Positions 14,814 to 23,469 of a stretch of 32,000 nucleotides of DNA are shown here, in pieces (the first letter of the stretch is position 1; every line of letters begins with the position of its first letter). The translations under genes were made by a program, and so were the position numbers. Source of the stretch: Pyrobaculum aerophilum str. IM2 (GTDB taxonomy: Archaea; Thermoproteota; Thermoprotei; Thermoproteales; Thermoproteaceae); NCBI RefSeq assembly GCF_000007225.1, contig NC_003364.1, positions 1,350,001 through 1,382,000 of the forward strand, given 5' to 3'. Below the pieces are notes generated by a model. It saw only the letters and a program-made list of their open reading frames with translations. It did no database searches and was not told where the DNA came from.

Positions 14814-17044
14814 GCTATACCCCTAACTCCCTTTGGTAGCTCTTTGACTGCTGGAACGCCACCCCTCAAGACAGATTCCAGAATTCTAATTGCGTTTCTC
14901 CTGGACAACATCTTGTTATTATTGCCACAATAGGGGCTGAACACGCATTTGGGACATCCGTCGGCGCAGTCGCACCCCTTTACGATTTTTAGCGCCACTT
15001 CGGCGACTTTTCTGAAATTTTTAAGGAGCAGTCTCGTAGTGCCGTTGCCGCCTATATGCGAGTCATAAATCACCACGACGCCGTCTGGATAGCTTATGCC
15101 GCCTAAGTCAGTTTTAGAGGCCCCGATTGCAATTTCCGTGGCCGATATTAACACGTGTTCTGTTGCGTGATAGCCCTTAGCCCTGGCCTCCCAGTCAACG
15201 GCGTCGTTTGTGCTGAAGCGTACTAAGGGCATGTAGAAAACGGCGCCTTTCGTCTCGAATTCATATACCAGAGGATCTATTGTGTATTCCCCCAGCGTCT
15301 CCTCAGTAGTAAAGCGCTTTAAGGCGTAGCCGTACACCGTTATCCTTATCTTCAGCTTGCCGAATTGATATGGCACGCCTTCTACTAATCCCTCTTCGTA
15401 CAGCTCGACAATTTCCGGCTCCATATCCTCTAATGCCTGCGTCATTAAATCCTCGGCGTCGACGGGCTCTACAACGGCGACGCGTTTTTGCAAATCAAGC
15501 GATTTTGAGACATAGGTTCTCCCGCCGTGCATATATATGGCCTCTGGGTGCAACTCGTAAAGAGCCAGCGGGAACTCCCTCTCTCCAATAGTTCTGCCGT
15601 CTACAGTCTTGATCTTAACCACGTGGGGCGATCCCCTGAGGCTGAGCATGGAGAGAAGCTCTCTCCCCTGTGGGGAAATTCTATAAAAAGAGCCCACTTC
15701 TTTTAAATACCCCCTCTCGGCGAGTTTCGCGACTATTGTCTTTTCAAACGGCGTGAGCTCGCCCCGCCTCAACGGCATATCTGCCGAGGCGGCCAAGAGG
15801 TGGAGAGACGCCACGTCTTCGTTCTCCTTCTCAAACCCCAAGGGCTCCGGGGCCCGGGAGAAAAACTCGTGGGGGTAATTCCTGTAATATTGAGAGATGG
15901 GGTCGTTGCCCAGGATTTGTATCACATAGCCCGTCTGGCCCCTGCGCCCCACTCTCCCTATCCTCTGAAGATATCTATTATATGAGGGCGGGATGGAGGC
16001 CAGCACTGCGGCATCTACATCGCCTATGTCAATGCCCAGCTCTAACGTCGGCGTGGAGATAACGACGTCAATATCGCCTCTTTTAAACGCCTCCTCTACG
16101 TTTTTCCTCTCCTCCGGGTCGAGGCCGGCTCTGTGGACGGCCACTCTGTCCCCTGCGCCCCCCATTCTCAGCGCTCTGTAGATAATTTCGCTGTATCTGT
16201 GGCTGTCTGTGAAGACTAGGCATTTCATGTCGTGTTCTAAACACAGCGAGGCCAGCCGCGCCGCCTCTGCCCATTTAGATCTAAACCTAGGGCGGGCCAG
16301 TACTTGCACGAGCCTCCCCCGCCTGCCCAAAGGCCCCCATACGACGTTGACTCTATCGCTGTCGAAAAGCGACTGGGCGAACTCCGCGGGGTTTCCCACA
16401 GTGGCGCTAGTGGCTATAAACACAGGCCTTACAAATCTCCTCAGCCTTTTTAACAGATAGTACATGTGGGAGCCGAAAACCCCGGCGTAGACGTGGAAGT
16501 CGTCTAAAACCACATAACGCACTCTTTTCAACAGCTCTCTAAACTTAGCCACGTGCATTAACGCCTGGCTCACCATGTCTGGATTGCTGATAATAACATG
16601 AGGCGGCATGTCGTAGAGAATACGCCTCTCTCTCTGCGGTGTATCGCCGTCGTATACCATAACTCTAACCCCCAGCCTATCGCCGTATTTCCTGAACCTA
16701 GCCAGCTGATCTCTGGCCAGGGCCTTAGTGGGGTACAACACCAGGGCCACGGGGCCGCCGAGAGATTCAAGCGAGCTCTCAAGAACGGGAATTAAAAAAG
16801 CCTCAGTCTTCCCCATCCCAGTCCCAGCCACAATTACAGTGTCTCTCTTCGCCCTAATGCTCTGAATGGCATCGTATTGGTATCTATAAAGATTGGAAAT
16901 GCCGAGGGACTTAAAAACCTCCGCCACCTCTCCCCTAACCGCGCTGGAAATATCGCAACACACCTCAGGCGCCTCGGCTTCGTCGGTCTTTATATACACC
17001 ACCTCCCTGCCGGGGTCTTCTAAAACCGCCTCTAGAAAACCCAC
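14810..17044 (-). CDS. COG1205-family DExH helicase (MrfA/YprA/Hrq1-like) with C-terminal DUF1998 Cys cluster
   Basis: Motif I AGTGMGKTEAF, motif II VLDDFHVYAGVFGSH, motif VI QRIGRVGRRGQ, and C-terminal CDCADGCPKCVFSPYCGNNN. Confidence 0.8.
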   Translation of the reverse strand: MGFLEAVLEDPGREVVYIKTDEAEAPEVCCDISSAVRGEVAEVFKSLGISNLYRYQYDAIQSIRAKRDTVIVAGTGMGKTEAFLIPVLESSLESLGGPVALVLYPTKALARDQLARFRKYGDRLGVRVMVYDGDTPQRERRILYDMPPHVIISNPDMVSQALMHVAKFRELLKRVRYVVLDDFHVYAGVFGSHMYYLLKRLRRFVRPVFIATSATVGNPAEFAQSLFDSDRVNVVWGPLGRRGRLVQVLARPRFRSKWAEAARLASLCLEHDMKCLVFTDSHRYSEIIYRALRMGGAGDRVAVHRAGLDPEERKNVEEAFKRGDIDVVISTPTLELGIDIGDVDAAVLASIPPSYNRYLQRIGRVGRRGQTGYVIQILGNDPISQYYRNYPHEFFSRAPEPLGFEKENEDVASLHLLAASADMPLRRGELTPFEKTIVAKLAERGYLKEVGSFYRISPQGRELLSMLSLRGSPHVVKIKTVDGRTIGEREFPLALYELHPEAIYMHGGRTYVSKSLDLQKRVAVVEPVDAEDLMTQALEDMEPEIVELYEEGLVEGVPYQFGKLKIRITVYGYALKRFTTEETLGEYTIDPLVYEFETKGAVFYMPLVRFSTNDAVDWEARAKGYHATEHVLISATEIAIGASKTDLGGISYPDGVVVIYDSHIGGNGTTRLLLKNFRKVAEVALKIVKGCDCADGCPKCVFSPYCGNNNKMLSRRNAIRILESVLRGGVPAVKELPKGVRGIA

Positions 17045-17062
17045 GTTTAAACCCCGTCTAGG

Positions 17063-17110
17063 TTATAAAAATGGCGCCGCCAAGTTATATCGGCGAAAAA
17101 TTTATAAAAA
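17063..17110. promoter_or_regulatory. divergent promoter (helicase / wHTH gene)
   Basis: ttataaaaat (17063-17072) is centred 23 nt from the minus-strand GTG at 17044. tttataaaaa (17101-17110) is centred 23 nt from the plus-strand GTG at 17128. Confidence 0.5.
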
Positions 17111-17127
17111 TCAGATGATTCTCACTT

Positions 17128-17853
17128 GTGCAGAATCAGCTAGAAAAGAGGATAGTAGAGATCGTTGTAACACACCACCACGACAACGACACGACGCTGA
17201 GAAATCTGTCGAAAATAACCGGCGCGCCCTACTCCACAGTGAGAAGAGCGGTGTATAGACTAGAAAGAGAAGGCGTGGTGAGAGTCCGCAAACTACAAAA
17301 CGAGTATTTAGTGAAAATACGCAATATGGCGAGGGCGTGGGAGCTGGGCTATCTGCCCTCTGTCTACTTAACCTACGGCTCAGGACACGTGGCCCCCATT
17401 GTGGCGTATAGAAACGGGTTTTATCTAAGCGACGAGGCGTACATATCCCTCCCCTTCAAGATCAAAAAACACGAGGCGTTAGACGTGGTGTTAGATCTCG
17501 AGATGAAATCGCGGGAGGTAATGGAAGACGCAATTAGCTACATGGGGGAGTGGCCCCGCTTCACGGCGCTGTTCTACCGCACTACTCTCCAACCGGCCGT
17601 CGACATATTCGTGCAGTGGGCCAGGAGAAACGGCCTAGAGCCGGGTGACTGGATGCCTCCTGCCTACGGCTTTTTCGCCTTTCTACTGTACGTGGTGAGA
17701 AAACTGACGGGGCTGGAGTGGAAAGACGCTTACTGCAAGGCATTAGAGCTCGTGGCCTCTTACATCTCTGAGACCAAGGCGGGGGACAGCCCCACTGAGG
17801 AATTCGTCCAGAAGATACTCGCAGAAATGGAGAAATGGCCCTGTACAAAATAA
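17128..17853 (+). CDS. hypothetical protein with N-terminal wHTH
   Basis: TLRNLSKITGAPYSTVRRAVYRLEREGVVRV is HTH-like. I did not recognise the remaining ~170 aa. Confidence 0.5.
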   Translation: MQNQLEKRIVEIVVTHHHDNDTTLRNLSKITGAPYSTVRRAVYRLEREGVVRVRKLQNEYLVKIRNMARAWELGYLPSVYLTYGSGHVAPIVAYRNGFYLSDEAYISLPFKIKKHEALDVVLDLEMKSREVMEDAISYMGEWPRFTALFYRTTLQPAVDIFVQWARRNGLEPGDWMPPAYGFFAFLLYVVRKLTGLEWKDAYCKALELVASYISETKAGDSPTEEFVQKILAEMEKWPCTK

Positions 17854-17940
17854 TCAAGGCGTTTAGGGAGGGCAAATTATATTTTAAAGTCTTTAAGGTC
17901 TTACGCCAAGTAAGAAACCGCCCCGTCCCTCGTATAATTA

Positions 17941-19532
17941 ATGACAAAAATGAATATTTATAAATCTAAATATTTACAACTTTTAAAACTTGATATATAT
18001 TATATAAATAAATTCAAAAAATACAGTTATTCTTTTTATAGTCTATATTTTGTATTTGTTGGACTTATTTTATCGACTAACTATTTGCTGGGCCTGGCGG
18101 TCGACAGCGCAGTGTCGTTAAATCTTAAGTCCACGCTTCTCTTCTCTCTGTTGTTTTTATTCTCTATGGCTATGTTGAATATTATAAACTTCCTTTCGGA
18201 ATATATTTCCGATATTTATAAAAAGCTTGTAGAATTTGATATTATTGAAAGAATTATTAAAAATAATACGGCCACACCCAGAGAGCCTGGAGAGGTAATC
18301 TCCCGCATTAGTTCCGATGTTGAAAATGCCGTGGGTGCTATAGTGATAAGTGTATGGATTATATTCGTCATCGTCCGCATTGTTGCGACGTTTTTATTTG
18401 CGTCATCTATATCACTGGAATTAGCCATATTAATACTGCCGTTTGTCGTAGTATACGGCTTGTTGACTTATTTCATAGGGCCGAGGTTGATGAGAGCCCG
18501 CTCTGAGGAGAGGGAATACTACGCGCATTGGTTCAAGAGGCTTAAGGAGTCTATCGAGGCGGGGCTCTCGCTCTGCAGAGTAAATATACTGGGGGTGCCC
18601 AAGATCTACGTTACTACCACGGCGGAGTACTTCGGCAAGTTTAAGCGTTTTACTTTTTACAACCGCGGTCTTATGTTCCTTGCGAATATGCCCGTGGTTA
18701 TTGGTCCTAACCTCATATTTGTCCTCGCCGTTATCAACGCAATCAACGGCATGGGCACCGTGGGCGAGGCAGTGGCACTACGAGGCGTATTATCCAATTT
18801 GTTCGAGCCGGTAGCGCATTTGGCCGCCACAGTCGGCTCTTACTACGTATTAGTCACCTCATACGAGAGGATAGCGCCCCTCTTGGAGTCCCGCGCGGAG
18901 AAAATCGAGACTGCGCCTTACGCCGAGTTTAAAAACGCAGTTTTTAAATACGACGGGAGGACGGTTCTATACGTCGAAGAGCTGGCGGTCAGGCCGGGGG
19001 ATTTCATATGGGTGAGGGGGCCCTAGGGCTCGGGGAAGTCCACGCTCGGCAGGGCTATATGCGGCTTAGTGAGGCCGGATGAAGGCGAGGCGAGGGCTGC
19101 ATATATGTCGGCAACGACGACTACATCTTCGACGCAACAGTCTACGAGAACATCGACCTCTGGGAGGGCTTCCCGAGGGAAGAGGTGGGAAAAGCGGCGG
19201 CCTTGGCCCAAGTTGACTTCCCTCTGGATAAACAATGCGGCGAAAGAGGATCGGAGCTTTCGGAGGGACAGAGACAGAGGGTGTTAATAGCTAGGGCATT
19301 TTTGAGGAGACCGAAAGTGCTGGTGCTGGACGAGATTACGTCGGGTTTAAACGTGGAGCTTGAAAGAAAAGTGCTGGAAGCGGCGCGGGGAGTGGCTGAG
19401 GCCGTTGTGGTGATATCGCATAGAGATACGCCAGCGCAATACGCCAATAAAATAGCAGAGGTTAAAAACGGCGTCTGTTACATACAAACAAAGCCTTATA
19501 GCAACGGGGTAGCGAACGTGGCTAGAGCTTAA
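17941..19532 (+). pseudogene. ABC exporter (fused TMD-NBD, ABCB/C-like), disrupted
   Basis: A six-TM exporter domain runs into the NBD. The reading frame hits TAG at 19024-19026 inside Walker A (VRGP*GSGKSTL). The frame then switches from 1 to 3 between ~19083 and 19101. Frame 3 continues IYVGNDDYIFDATVYENI...LSEGQRQRVLIARAF...VLVLDEITS...VVISHR. Confidence 0.75.
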
Positions 19533-20055
19533 GACCGCCGCCGTTATTACAAGGCGCTCTCAATACTTGCTACGGATATATGAGACGTTCCTATGGGCGT
19601 TGAAATGCGGCGGGCTCTGTTAGGAGGTCGCAGAATTCTGGTTCTATTAATTGCCAATGTAGCGCCGTGGCGACTTCGCTTTCTTACATCACATGGTGGC
19701 AGTTGGGAATTTCGCCGTGGGGCTAATGCTGACGATATTAGGGAGGCGCGCTCTGTTAACATAACCCCTGTTCATCTCGCCGATGCTGGCTAGGCGCCTA
19801 CTCAATATTAACAACTCCCTTCCTGCCTTACACACGCCGGCACCTGCCGGCTAAAGGGCACATGCGGCGACTATGTAGCCCCGGCCGTGAGGAGTGTGTA
19901 AATCGCCCCTATAGTTTGCTCCTTTCCCTTGGCTTATTTCACAACTGCCCTATACGATAATAAAAAACACCACTGGATTAAGGCGCTTTCCATCGCTGAC
20001 AGTTTCCCTAAGCGGCTAAGGGCCTGCTGGCGTTAGAGGAGGCGTTTAGGCGGTT

Positions 20056-21138
20056 TTAACGCCGTGTTGCAGTTGCGTATATCAGTAGCGCCACAACGTT
20101 GACTATAATGAGTAGCGGCGTTATGTGCAGTGCCGAATAGCCCATGGACTCTATTAACCCCCCTCCGATAATGGGACCTGCTATTGAGCCTATGTCCCAC
20201 CCCATTGTATATATGGCGCTGGAAATCCCCGCTTTTTTGCTGCCGGCAAGCGCCATAATTTGATACGTGACTACCACCGCGCCTTGCCCCAGGCCGTATA
20301 TAACGCCGGCAATTACAAATAGAAACGGATCCTCGGCGTAAGAGGCTAATAACATGCCCGCGAGGACTGTGGCAGTTGCGGCGGCGGCGGTAAATGGGTT
20401 TACTAAATTGACCTTTAGGAGAAACGCCCTGGGGAGCAGGCTCAAAAGGGCGGCGACAGAGGAGAAGAGGCCCCAGTACGTCAGCGGCAGGCCGTGATCT
20501 TTAAGCTTGACGGGTATAAACGTGGACAGGCTCATATAAGCAGTTGCGAATACGGCCAATAGGGCCATGAAGAGGAAAACTCTCCTCACTAATACGGCGC
20601 CTGGCTCGCCAGCCCCCTTCTCCGACCTGTTTTCCACGCCTCTTACCAGCGCCCAATTGGCCGAGTGGATTATAAGGGCCACGATGAAAGAAAACCGCGC
20701 CCCTCCGAGGTCGTATACGGCGGAGCCCACGAGAGGCCCCAGCACGTTGCCAATACCCACCGCCAGAGAGCGGGCGGCAATAGCCCTCGCCCCCTCCGAG
20801 ACGGAGAGGGCTATTGACATGGGCAGGAAAGTGGCTATGGCGAGCCCGTGGAACAGCCTCCCTACCTGCACCCAGAGGGGGCTCCCCAAGAGGTACATCA
20901 GCTGTGCTGCCACTGCCATGGCTATGCCCGCGCTCATCATTGTGGAGTACCCCATTTTTTCGCCGAGAAGCCCGCTGAGGGGTCTCGCTATAATAGATAC
21001 GAAAAACGCAGTTGAGACTATGGCGCCTATAACCGTCTCGCTCTGGACGCCGAGGTCGCGGAGATAAGGCGGTATGGCTATAATGGCGATTCCATTGGCG
21101 GTGAAAAAAAGAAGCGTTGCTAAATTAACCGACCTCAA
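20056..21138 (-). CDS. MFS transporter
   Basis: 360 aa with ~10-12 hydrophobic helices and the motif-A-like [14 protein letters not shown]. The TTG start overlaps the upstream stop (TTGA). Confidence 0.75.
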   Translation of the reverse strand: MRSVNLATLLFFTANGIAIIAIPPYLRDLGVQSETVIGAIVSTAFFVSIIARPLSGLLGEKMGYSTMMSAGIAMAVAAQLMYLLGSPLWVQVGRLFHGLAIATFLPMSIALSVSEGARAIAARSLAVGIGNVLGPLVGSAVYDLGGARFSFIVALIIHSANWALVRGVENRSEKGAGEPGAVLVRRVFLFMALLAVFATAYMSLSTFIPVKLKDHGLPLTYWGLFSSVAALLSLLPRAFLLKVNLVNPFTAAAATATVLAGMLLASYAEDPFLFVIAGVIYGLGQGAVVVTYQIMALAGSKKAGISSAIYTMGWDIGSIAGPIIGGGLIESMGYSALHITPLLIIVNVVALLIYATATRR

Positions 21139-21629
21139 AGCTTGTACTTAACCACTTCTCTCAAGAATTTCTTTCTCTCCTCCCTATCCTTTTCGGTTTC
21201 TACGCCAAGCGGCGAGTGGCCGTCCACAACGCCGACAACGCCGCGCCTCTCGGGCTCAACCTCAGCCACAATGACTTTAAGCGGATTTGCCGTGGCCGCG
21301 AAAATTCTCACCACCTCCGGCACGTTTTTTATGGCGTTTAAGACGTTTATCGGCCACGCGTTGCGGATGTATATAACAAAGACGTGGCCGGCCGCAATTT
21401 TTTTACATAAATCTATTGCCAAGTTCCTAAGCTCCTCGTCGTTGGCCTCGTGTCTAACCAACCGCTTGCCGGAGGCCTCGCAAAACGCTATGCCGAATTT
21501 CACTCCGGGAACAGAAGTGACAAGCGCCTCGTATAAATCCTCCACTGTTTTAATGAAATGCGCCTGTCCAATTATTACATTTGTGCCCTGGGGTATTGGC
21601 ACGTCGATTAATTCGAACTTAATCGACAT
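21135..21629 (-). CDS. PF04008 'adenosine-specific kinase' family protein (PAE2307-like)
   Basis: The length (~165 aa) and sequence character match my recollection of the PAE2307 family; there is no simple motif to quote. ATG 21629 fits the TATA (aaatataaaa, 21660-21651) better than the listed TTG 21638. Confidence 0.5.
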   Translation of the reverse strand: MSIKFELIDVPIPQGTNVIIGQAHFIKTVEDLYEALVTSVPGVKFGIAFCEASGKRLVRHEANDEELRNLAIDLCKKIAAGHVFVIYIRNAWPINVLNAIKNVPEVVRIFAATANPLKVIVAEVEPERRGVVGVVDGHSPLGVETEKDREERKKFLREVVKYKL

Positions 21630-21713
21630 GTCAGTCAAAAACCTCTAGGGTTTTATATTTCGCTGCCTTGAAGGGAAATTAGATTTTTATATCTCTTACG
21701 AACATAACTTACG

Positions 21714-22112
21714 ATGGAGTCAGCCCAGTTAGTACAAGCGTTGAAGGAGAGGGGGTACAGAGTGACTCCCCAGAGGCTGGAGGTTATAAACATTGTGCTG
21801 GAAAAGCTCATGAGGAGAGAACACCCGACTTTTAACGACATATTAAATGAGGTAAAGCAGAGGATGCCCTCCATCAGCGCGAGCACGGTTTATTCAATTC
21901 TCAAGCTCCTAGAGGACTCGGGCTATGTAGTGTCTTTTGAGCACAACGGCAGGACTTATTACGACAGCGTGACTCCGCACGTCAATGTTATGTGCGTCAA
22001 TGAAAACAAAGTAATCGACATTGAAGACGCCGAAGTAATTGATTTGTTAAAGAAGCGCGGGATTCACCCAGTGGCTATAACCGTAAAGGCCGTCTGCGCC
22101 GGGAGTCAGTAG
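21714..22112 (+). CDS. fur: Fur-family transcriptional regulator
   Basis: Fur-type wHTH TPQRLEVINIVL...HPTFNDILNEV...SISASTVYSILKLLEDSGYV followed by a dimerisation domain. The usual CxxC pairs and His cluster are largely absent. Confidence 0.75.
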   Translation: MESAQLVQALKERGYRVTPQRLEVINIVLEKLMRREHPTFNDILNEVKQRMPSISASTVYSILKLLEDSGYVVSFEHNGRTYYDSVTPHVNVMCVNENKVIDIEDAEVIDLLKKRGIHPVAITVKAVCAGSQ

Positions 22113-22157
22113 TGGGTTCAAAAAATCACTGCTCATCGGCGCGGTTTACCTCATCAC
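22106..22157 (-). ncRNA. candidate box C/D-like sRNA, cis-antisense to the fur stop codon
   Basis: The reverse strand reads GUGAUGA (22157-22151), 12 nt, CGAUGA (degenerate D'), GCA, GUGAUUU (degenerate C'), 13 nt, CUGA (22109-22106), 52 nt in total. A TATA-like tttaaaaat (22177-22185) is centred ~24 nt upstream on the minus strand. Confidence 0.5.
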
Positions 22158-22218
22158 TGCCTTAAGGCGTTGCTAGTTTAAAAATCAACTGATATATAGA
22201 TCTACTTATGTGTCCCTA

Positions 22219-23469
22219 ATGTACGATTACGTCATTGTAGGCGCGGGGATTGTGGGAATGGCCGCCGCGTATCACATACGCCGCCTATCTCCCCACTCGA
22301 AAGTCCTCGTGGTTGACCAAAACCCCGGCGTTGGCATGGGCGACACTGGAAGATCAGCCGCCGCGTTTAGAACAGCATTTACATCGTGGATTAACCGCGT
22401 CTTGGCTAAGACCAGCATAGACTTTTACCGGGAAGTACAGAGAAAAGGCGTTGATCTCGGCATGAGGTTTGTTGGTTACCTTTTTCTTGTCCCTGAGGAA
22501 AACGCTGAGACAATGCGTAAAGTCGCTGAGGAGCTGAGGACGATGGGAATAGCCGTGGAGTTTTACCGCAAGCTCGATGCGCCGGTGAGATTCAGAGTTT
22601 CGGAGGATGAGGAGGCCAGGGAAATGGGGCTTCCAGACGTTGCCTTCGGCCTCTTAGTTAAAGAGGCAGGCATTATGGATCCCGAAAAACTAGTTAGGTA
22701 TTATTACGAGGAGTATACGAGACTGGGTGGAGAGGTCAAGTTCAATACGAGAGTTGAGAACATCTTTTTCGCCCCTAAGAGGCCGTTGGGAATCCCGGGC
22801 GAGCCGTTTGTTTGGCAAGACGTAAAAGTAGCCGGCGTTGAGACCACTAACGGCGTTATAGAGGCGAGGAACGTCATATTGGCGACAGGGGCGTGGACTG
22901 AAAGGCTAATGGACGCCCTGGGCTTTGGCTTGCCTCTAAAGCCTAGGAAGAGGCAGGTATTTGTAGTAAGGGCCGACGGCGAGTTAAGGCGGTTGCTTGA
23001 GCTGGGACTGGCGGACAGGGAGTACGGCCCCATGTTTATACTCCCCAAGGGAGTTTACATGAGGCCGGAGCCGGGGGAGGGGACCTTCTGGGTGGGAGTG
23101 GCCGATAGACGGCCCTTCCGCCTAGAGGAGCCTCCCGAGGCTGAGGAGGCGTTGTGGCGCTACGGCATATACCCAGTGCTGACTAAATACGTCCCCGCCG
23201 TTGAGGGCCGCGTGCCGCAAAACGCGTGGGCTGGGCATTATGACGAAAACGTCGTGGACTACCAGCCAATTGTGGACAGACTGGCCGAGGGCCTTTACGT
23301 CGCCGCGGGCACGAGCGGCTCGGGGATAATGAAGGCGGACGCTATCGGCAGAATTGCTGCGTATTTGGCACTGGGCTACGGGAAGGCGGAGTTATACGGC
23401 GGAGTTGTAGTGGAAAGCAACCTACTGCGCCACAATCGGTGTTTTGAGGAAGAGAGGCTTGTGATATGA
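22219..23469 (+). CDS. FAD-dependent oxidoreductase (DAO / glycine-sarcosine oxidase-like)
   Basis: Rossmann dinucleotide motif YDYVIVGAGIVGMAAA at the N-terminus; 416 aa. ATG 22219 lies 23 nt from the TATA gatatataga. Confidence 0.75.
   Translation: MYDYVIVGAGIVGMAAAYHIRRLSPHSKVLVVDQNPGVGMGDTGRSAAAFRTAFTSWINRVLAKTSIDFYREVQRKGVDLGMRFVGYLFLVPEENAETMRKVAEELRTMGIAVEFYRKLDAPVRFRVSEDEEAREMGLPDVAFGLLVKEAGIMDPEKLVRYYYEEYTRLGGEVKFNTRVENIFFAPKRPLGIPGEPFVWQDVKVAGVETTNGVIEARNVILATGAWTERLMDALGFGLPLKPRKRQVFVVRADGELRRLLELGLADREYGPMFILPKGVYMRPEPGEGTFWVGVADRRPFRLEEPPEAEEALWRYGIYPVLTKYVPAVEGRVPQNAWAGHYDENVVDYQPIVDRLAEGLYVAAGTSGSGIMKADAIGRIAAYLALGYGKAELYGGVVVESNLLRHNRCFEEERLVI

Noticed and set aside
17941-18270. 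A+T island as a replication origin (DUE)
   Set aside because: The stretch keeps an open frame encoding a sensible ABC-exporter N-terminus. I saw no flanking ORB-like inverted repeats or a cdc6/orc1 neighbour. Composition alone is insufficient.
19024-19026. In-frame TAG in Walker A as programmed recoding (pyrrolysine or read-through)
   Set aside because: No pyl genes or PYLIS-like context are visible, and Thermoproteales are not known to use Pyl. A second, independent frameshift 60-75 nt downstream argues for plain gene decay.
14810-19532. DUF1998 helicase plus neighbours as a DISARM-like or other defence island
   Set aside because: Helicase and DUF1998 are fused as in the housekeeping COG1205/MrfA family. 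No methyltransferase, PLD nuclease or other defence partners are adjacent, and the neighbouring ABC gene is an exporter relic.
19547-19793. 66-aa (+) and 71-aa (-) ORFs in the large gap as genes
   Set aside because: They overlap each other on opposite strands, are Arg/Ser/Pro-rich, and lack TATA boxes at the expected spacing. I recognised no motif.
19815-19830. Minus-strand GGCAGGAAGGGAG as the SRP RNA helix 8 GGAA tetraloop region
   Set aside because: The flanking bases cannot form the conserved helix 8 stem and loops. The surrounding ~50% G+C is too low for a hyperthermophile SRP RNA.
20567-21648. Plus-strand ORFs of 166 aa and 168 aa opposite the MFS and PF04008 genes
   Set aside because: They are antisense to genes with clear family features. 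Their products are P/S/T/A-rich with no recognisable domain. These are shadow ORFs.
22110-22130. Plus-strand GTGGGTTCAAAAAATCAC after fur as a tRNA T-arm
   Set aside because: The 3' half does not complement the GTGGG stem, and no acceptor, D or anticodon arms can be drawn around it.
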